Of a stretch of 64,000 nt of DNA, positions 57,040-64,000 are shown piece after piece. The number at the start of each line of letters is the position of its first letter. The stretch's first letter is position 1. The DNA comes from the human T2T-CHM13v2.0 reference genome, Homo sapiens: assembly GCF_009914755.1 (NCBI RefSeq), contig NC_060932.1, one strand, 5' to 3'. The notes beneath the pieces are model-generated. The model searched no databases, was not told the DNA's origin, and was given only the letters and a program-made list of their open reading frames with translations. Both the position numbers and the translations under genes were made by a program.

Positions 57040-58390
57040 TCAACACATATATCTGGCAAACACTTCTAAAGAGAATATATACAATCTCATACAACTCAAT
57101 AATAATAAGATCTTGCCTCTATCCAAATTGGTAAAAGTTTTGGACACTTCATAAAAGAAGATACAGAGATGGCAAATAAGCATCTGAAAATCTATAGTAC
57201 ATAATCTGTCATCAGAGAAATGCAAGTTTAAATCACAATAAGTTATCAATATATTCATTAAAATGACTGAAATGAGAAAGACTGACAATATCAAGTGTCA
57301 GTGAGAGTGTAGGCAACTGAAATGCTCAACATTGCCAGTAAAAGTATGCATTAGTCCGTTTTCACACTGCTATAAAGAAATACCTGAGACTGGGTAATTT
57401 ATAAAGGAAAGAGGTTTAACTGACTGACAGTTATGCATGACTGGGGAAGCCTCAGGAAATTTACAATCATGGTGGAAGAGGAAGCAGGCATGTCTTACAT
57501 GGCAGCAGGTGAGAGAGAGTGTGTGTGAGCACAGGAAAAATTACCCTTTATAAAACCATCAGATCTTGTGAGAATTTACTCACTATCATGAGAATAGCAT
57601 GGGGGAAATCACCCCAATAATCCAATCCCTTCCCAATAGGTTCCTCTCTCAACACATGGGGATTATGGAGGTTACAATTTGAGATGAGATTTGGGTGGGG
57701 ACACAGAGACAAACCATATCAGAATTTAAAATGCCATAACAATTTGAAAGATATATTTGGCAGTTTCTTGTGAAGTTAAGCACTTGCTTATCATCAATCA
57801 GCCATTCAAATACCAGCTATTCTCTTTATTTACCCAAGAGAAATAAAAATATATGGCCACAAAAAGACTTGTACACAAATGTTCATAGCAGCTTTATTTG
57901 TAATAGTTTCAAACTGGAACAGTCCAAGTGTCTGTTAACAGACAAATGGATACACAAATTGTGGTATATATGTACAACTGAACATTTCTCAGCAATGAAA
58001 AGAATAAACTATTGATACTACAACATGAAAGAATTTCAAAATATGTTGAGAAAAAGTAGCCAGACACAAAATACATATTTTAGTATACTGTACACATGAA
58101 ATTCTAGAACAGGAAAAATTAATCTATGATGACATTTAAGATTTGTGCAAAGCAGATTAGAGGTTGTCTGGGGCTGAAGCTGAAACAGATTGGCTTTAAA
58201 AGTTCAGAAAGAAATTTTCTGGTGTCAAAGAAATGTTTTATATTGTGACTTTGATGGTGGTTATATGGTACAGTCAAACATCAGTTGTCTAATGTTAGAC
58301 CAGCAGATAAATTTGCCAAAACTCATCAACTGTGTATATATGTATTTTATTGTATGCAGATTTTGTCACAATAAAATTGATTTTAAAAAG
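57040..58390 (+). mobile_element. L1ME/L1MD-type 3' region split by THE1D
   Basis: aaaagaagatacagagatggcaaataagcat...cacaaaaagacttgtacacaaatgttcatagcagc...gaaattctagaacagg...tattttattgtatg...caataaaattg. Confidence 0.85.
57347..57721 (-). mobile_element. THE1D-like MaLR solo LTR
   Basis: tgcattagtccgttttcacactgctataaagaaatacctgagactggg...gagatttgggtggggacacagagacaaaccatatca. Confidence 0.92.
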
Positions 58391-58424
58391 GCCAAATAGC
58401 CAGCCATTGTGGATACAGTAATAA

Positions 58425-58680
58425 TAATAATGATATTAATGGTTAATATTTATTGCATGCTTACATTGTACCAGATGTTGGGCCAGGTGTTTTGAGAGCT
58501 GATGCTCATTTAATTCTACAGCTATCTTTAAAGTAATAGTGGTATTATCTCCATGTTACAGATGGAAAACCCAAGCCTCAGAGAGATTTAATAATTTTCT
58601 CAAGGCCATGCACTAGTTATTTGTGGAGGTGGGGTTTTAAATCAGATCTATCAGAGCCTCAGACTTCAGGCTCATTAGTT
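58425..58680 (-). mobile_element. MIR SINE
   Basis: atttattgcatgcttac...ctcatttaattct...ccatgttacagatggaaaacccaagcctcagagag. Confidence 0.8.
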
Positions 58681-59857
58681 AGAAGTCTGAACCATGTAAC
58701 TCCAAAAGTTCTTTCTAATTTAAGATTCTAGGAATATTCACAAACATCAGTTGTCTGATGTTAGACCAGCAGATAAGAATCATGTAGTCTGTTGCCTAAT
58801 TTAAACATATTTTTTTAGTTACTGGGGAGTAGCACCATTGTTGGACAGTTGAAACGACCATTTGATTTATTGGATAGATCATCGGAAACATCATTTGGAG
58901 CATGTGATTGCCAACTCTCAGGCTGAAAAATAAAATGTGGTTGTTTTTACCATTAGGCCTCATCTTGCTGTTACCTCACAGAGCATTTATGAGTAGACCT
59001 GGTGTGATGTTGATATAATGGTATCTGCGTTATCCAAAAATAAATCAGACAGCTCCACATGTCTCCTATTCCTGGATCCAGGCTAAAGAAGCAGCAGCTA
59101 CTTGCACAGCTGGGTCTAGGAGTAAGAGAGTCTCCTTTGTCCTTTCCTCAGAAGGTGACCTACCAGTCTCGTCTTCTTACCCTCTTGGCTCCTCTCTGGA
59201 TTTGCTGGTTCTTAAGGAAAAACCCCATGCCTCAAATAGACCTAGAGGTCAAACTGTAGGTCCTTGGGGGATTAAGATGTTGGCCTTCAGCATTTCTGAT
59301 CTTTTAGGGCATTTAAGGATCTAAATATTATTTTGAATAACAGTGACCTGTAGTATTAGTAATCTTTTGTGACCTTGATGGGGTTAGGAAATTATTTTCA
59401 AATGGGGATTTACTCTCTGATGAAGGGGGTATGTTCTGTGACAAATCTCACTCCCACAACAGCTGCAACATTCTCTACTACCACATCACTTTGTGAACAT
59501 CAAGCAGGAAAAATGAAGAGGCCTGGCAAAATATCCATTCCTATAGAACATTCAGCTTTCTTCTATGTAGGAGGAATCCATAGACTAAAGATTATTAAAC
59601 TCTGCCTTGAGAAAGCCAGTTATATTGTCTGTTATATTGGTTGAGTCAAGCTTCTGTAGAATTGGTTCTGCCAGGGCTTGCATAACGTATCTTAAAGATA
59701 GTGAATAATCTCAGGTTCACAAGAGTAGATAATTCTCTAAAACTTGAGTAAGTTAAGAGGCAATTGGATAGATATATAGCAAATAATGTTGCACTATTGA
59801 GTACACTTTTGAACCAAAAAAAAAATCATGTTTTCTACTGGACCCAATGGACCAGTC

Positions 59858-59868
59858 CTATCTATCTA

Positions 59869-59924
<56 letters not shown>

Positions 59925-59927
59925 ATC
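59858..59927. repeat. (TCTA)n / GATA tetranucleotide microsatellite
   Basis: About 16 units with one TA interruption. Confidence 0.97.
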
Positions 59928-60204
59928 TTCATTAGAGTGGAAAAAAATGGCAAGGTGATTTTATTTTCATTTGTAAAGCTTTTCTACTATCTTCTCTCCT
60001 CCACTCCCAAACCCTGCCTGAAAGATTTATTATCAAGACTCTGGAACTCTTAAAGCCCTGACTAAGCAGGTTCAAGTGTGATAGAATCCTGGAAAGAATC
60101 CCTTAAGGGCCTCAGAAAACTCTTAGACTGTAGCCCCAACAACATGGCCAGCCTGAATCACATCAGAGGACATGGCTCTGCATGGCCCCAAGAAAAGCCA
60201 CAGA

Positions 60205-60360
60205 ACCAGAGACTTAGAAGGAGCCTTAGCAATCAGGGGGCTCTAAGACCAAATTCTGTAGATGGGAGACTTGTGGCAGAGAGAGGTCATGTAACTTGCT
60301 CAAGGTCACACAGCAATGTAGGAGCAAAAGCTAGGATAGGAATCAAAATCTCCATACTTT
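60205..60360 (-). mobile_element. MIR SINE
   Basis: gtagatgggagacttgtggcagagagaggtcatgtaacttgctcaaggtcacacagc. Confidence 0.8.
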
Positions 60361-60784
60361 GGAAGGCACCTTTTTTTTTTTCTATAAAAAGGTTCTTCCT
60401 CTTCTTTTGTGTGATCTGTTCACTGTTAAAGCTATTTTACATTTTCTTGATTTGTTCGGTTTTGTAATTCTCATTGGTTCCTTGAGTCAAACACATAGAG
60501 TTGTGGTGTTACATCTCATATTCTCACCATTGACATCTAATAATAAGTACTAATGTTTTGCTTTTACTAAAAGTCAGTTTGGTGCTTAGAAATTATAAAT
60601 CTTGGACAAATCCCTCGATTTCTTTAAGCATTGTAATCTAAGAATAAATTGAGGAATTTGCCCAAAACTTAGTTTATAAAATAAGGCTGGATAATCCTAA
60701 ACACTCAGTAGATCAGTTTAAAGATTAGCGAAATATATGTTACATTCCAAGCAGAACATCTAGCATGCAGTACATGCTCTGTAA

Positions 60785-61003
60785 CAAGTTGGCAAACTTC
60801 TTCCATAAAGGGTCAAAGTAAACATTTTAAATTTTGCTAAACATTTGGTCTCTGCCACCACTGCTTAATTCTGCTATTATAGCATGAAAATATTCATAGA
60901 GAATGTGGAACTGAACAAGTATGGCTGTATTCCAATAAAACTTTATTTACAAAAACAAGTGGTGGGCCAGACTTAGCCCATGGGCTTTTGTTTAAAGACT
61001 CCT
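60785..61003 (+). mobile_element. MER58A
   Basis: gttggcaaacttcttccataaagggtc...tggctgtattccaataaaactttatttacaaaaacaagtggtgggccagacttagcccatgggc. Confidence 0.88.
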
Positions 61004-61239
61004 ACTTTAAATGGCAGCTACTCAATAGTTATTGCTGTGATTATGCTAGAAATTGATGTGTGTAGCAGACGAGGATGAGTTTCCTTCAAATGCCTTCTGA
61101 AAAATTGATGATATGTTTTTCCTGCAGAAGCAAGCTGTTCATTGAGTCATTAAACCCCTTATCGTATATTGTTGAACAGAGCATTGTTTTGCAGCCATAC
61201 AGATTTGTAATGCAGTGATATTTCCAGGCATGCTGAGGA

Positions 61240-61390
61240 ACGTTCTAATTCTGGCACTGCCACTAATGCACTTTGTAATCTTGGGTGCACCTATTTTCAT
61301 CTCAGAGCCTCAGTTTCCCTCTCTATAAAATAAGAGATAAGAATGATTGTCTTACACTCTCATTCAACTCTAAAATATCATGAGTCTGTG
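61240..61390 (+). mobile_element. MIR/MIR3 SINE
   Basis: gttctaattctggcactgccactaa...ctcagagcctcagtttccctctctataaaat. Confidence 0.75.
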
Positions 61391-61834
61391 ATGCAAATTT
61401 TCCATGAAGAACCTATTTGATGTGAAAGTCTCATGGACTCTGAGGAGAAACGACACATATCCTTAAGTCTTGGGGATTTAATTCTCCTATCTACTTGTGA
61501 ATGTGGAAGGGGCAGGAGGGGAGAGGGTGGTCAGAGTACCAATACTGTTTGTTTTTATATCACTTTATTTTGGATACAATCCAAATCCACTGGCTTCAAA
61601 AAATCAACGCTCAACTAAGTACTTCTTAAATTGTCAAATAACATTTTCTTTAATTCAATAACATATGCCAATCACCTACAAAGATTAGTGTTGGGTGTTA
61701 AGGGAAAATCAATACTGAAGAGTCTGCACCTTTGCTCTCAAGAAGCTTTCCTTCTCATGGGAGAAGTAGACAATTTACTATAAAATAAAACCACATGGGA
61801 CATATTCAAGAGGACAATAACAATAACTTCTAAT

Positions 61835-62048
61835 AGAACAATTATAATAACCAGCATGTCTTGAGTGCCTATTATTAGCAAGATACTTCTCTAAGCACTT
61901 CAACTAATCTCCTTTGATTCTGATAATGACTCTATGAGCTAGATGCTTCATTTGTCAGATGAGAAAACTGAGGCACAGCCAGTGAGTGGCAGAACGGGAT
62001 ATGAACCCAACAGCCTGTCTCTAGAGCTCATGCTTTCAATCACTCTGC
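61835..62048 (-). mobile_element. MIR SINE
   Basis: cagatgagaaaactgaggcacag...gtggcagaacgggatatgaaccca. Confidence 0.8.
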
Positions 62049-63039
62049 TATATCGTTCCCCGAGGAGCCCAGGCTTCATAACATGCGAGTGAGGCAGGAG
62101 AGACGTGTTCCACCAGAGAGGGAAGACGGAGTAGAGTAAACTTTAAAGGATAAGGATGAGAGAGAGAACATTTTTCCCACCATGTAGCAACATACTCCTT
62201 GTCATTATTAGGAAAACTGTGAGCAGAGATGTAATGCATTGTGTCTACATTTTTATAGAAAAATAACTAGAGCTAGAACTGGAGCCCAGCTATCTTGCCT
62301 CTTCTTCAAAGCTTTCCTTATTTGTTTATGATATCTGATTGGAGTAACAAGTCAAGGTTTTTGACCCACTTGGAATCTATTTGTACTATTGATTCTTTAA
62401 TATTTTCTAGATAGTGACTCTTTTTTTTAACTTAAGTAGAAATATTACAGAAGAAAAATTAATCGTGATGACTTTTAATGAAAAACAGGTATCGATTGTT
62501 ATAATTATTTAAAATGTACTTCTAAACTTTACAACAAAAACATAATATTTATCCATGTACCACTCAGAAGCAAATCCCCATGTATGGTGGCACTTGAGGA
62601 GCTGTGCAGGGCCTCCTCCAGACCTGACTTGTCAGGGGTGGGCTTTGAAAAGTTGCTGCAAGTTTTCTAGACCATGCTCCATCCTCCTTCATCAAGTAAA
62701 TGCAAATGAATCACACCCTGATCCTTATGAAAAAACAGCATGAAACTTCTGTCCTTATTTTCTCCTCTTGATACACAAAAACTGCATCAGAAGCAGCCTT
62801 GGGAAAAGAAAGTCAACTAATTTTTTATTCACATCCCAGTGTCTGCAGCATTTTTTGACCACCCTCAAGGGTACAGACTATTAGAGTGAGAGATAAATGC
62901 AAACATGATCCTCAGGGATCATATCTGAAGCTGAATTTGGGATTACAACCCCGAGGACCTGGGCTCATGGTGATGTTGCCAATAACAATCTCAGCTGAGT
63001 AGTGAGGCTGTTCAGCTTGCTGTCAAACACCACTCACAT

Positions 63040-63165
63040 TGCTGCATTTTTTTCCTCATGGTCACTCTGTGTGGGTGGATAGGCTTTTTAAAATCCCCAT
63101 TATACAGATGAAGTTCAGTGAAGTTAAGCAATTTTCTCAGGGTCACACATTTTGAAAGAAGAGAG
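63040..63165 (-). mobile_element. MIR fragment
   Basis: atccccattatacagatgaag...agttaagcaattttctcagggtcacaca. Confidence 0.7.
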
Positions 63166-64000
63166 AACACGTAAAATGAAGAGAATGTGGGGGCCAGGGG
63201 CATGTTTTTCTTTGGTTTTGCAGTGGCAGGTGAGCAAAAGGAGGGGCATGAGAGTCAGATGGGAGGTAGCCTGAAACTTAGCTTACTCTTGTGTCTGCCA
63301 ATAGAAGGTGGGGAGTGTCTCTCAGTGAATGCTGATTTATGTGTGAGTAACAGAATGAAGGAGGAAAAAAAGGAAGCCTGGTTTCTAATTTTATCTTCTG
63401 TGGCACTTTACCAGAAAGTCCCTCAAGGTGGCCGGAAGTTGGAAGCCCTCAAGGGGAGAAGCTCTAGAGCGGCATGCAAAGGCTTCGGCAGATGAGAGGA
63501 CACAGGGAGGTGACCCACCACGTAACCTTCCACCTGGGCCTCTTCCTCTTAGACTTCTCCCCTGCTGCTCATTTGCATAATGGATCCCCATATGGGGTTG
63601 TTTTATTTACCTTCACAAGGAGGATGAGTGCTTTAGAAAAAGATGAGATGAGGAGCTTTGATTTTCCAAAGCCCTCTTTCTACTTCTCCTGCCCTCCCAC
63701 TCCCACCCTCTCTCTTTTACTCTCTCTTGTCTTTGCTTTCTTATTGTCCATATAAATGAGCACCTTGCTTCAGTGACAAATCTATTTCTTCCAGTGAATG
63801 GTTGCCAGTGGATGTTTATCTCTTTGAGAGGTTTATTCCAGGTGGATTTACAGCTATAGTGCATTTAAGCATCCCCAGCTTCTATTTCTTTAATGAAACA
63901 GGGACATTTGGAAGTTTAGGAAGTATACTTAGGTTGGCTCTGCTTTGCTAGTTATCTAGGATTTCCTAAAATAGGCTTCCTCAGTTTTGTGTAATGTGCT

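Overview
Primate (human-like) euchromatic non-coding DNA. It is AT-rich, CpG-depleted, has no CpG island, and is about half interspersed repeats: 13 Alus (J, S and Y lineages), many MIR and L2 relics, L1MA/L1MB/L1ME/L1PA 3' ends, HAL1-like ORF1 relics, MaLR LTRs (THE1A/C/D, MSTB, MLT1), ERVL LTR33-type LTRs, hAT MITEs (MER1A, MER58) and a near-full-length Tigger1 with a dead transposase. I found no host protein-coding exon, and the ORFs in the track are repeat-derived or random. The only RNA-gene-derived feature is a 3'-truncated, tailless 7SK retropseudogene. I cannot assign the locus and see no evidence for a new multi-gene system. The unusual signals are local DNA-copying events: an ungapped 138-bp duplicate of apparently unique sequence (4558/9009), an Alu with tails at both ends consistent with twin priming, a 163-bp inverted self-copy inside an L1MB, a 36-bp hairpin-containing templated insertion in an L1 3' end, and a long pyrimidine tract bracketed by a 10-bp inverted repeat. 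Repeat family names come from my recall of consensus sequences, and boundaries of old repeats are approximate.
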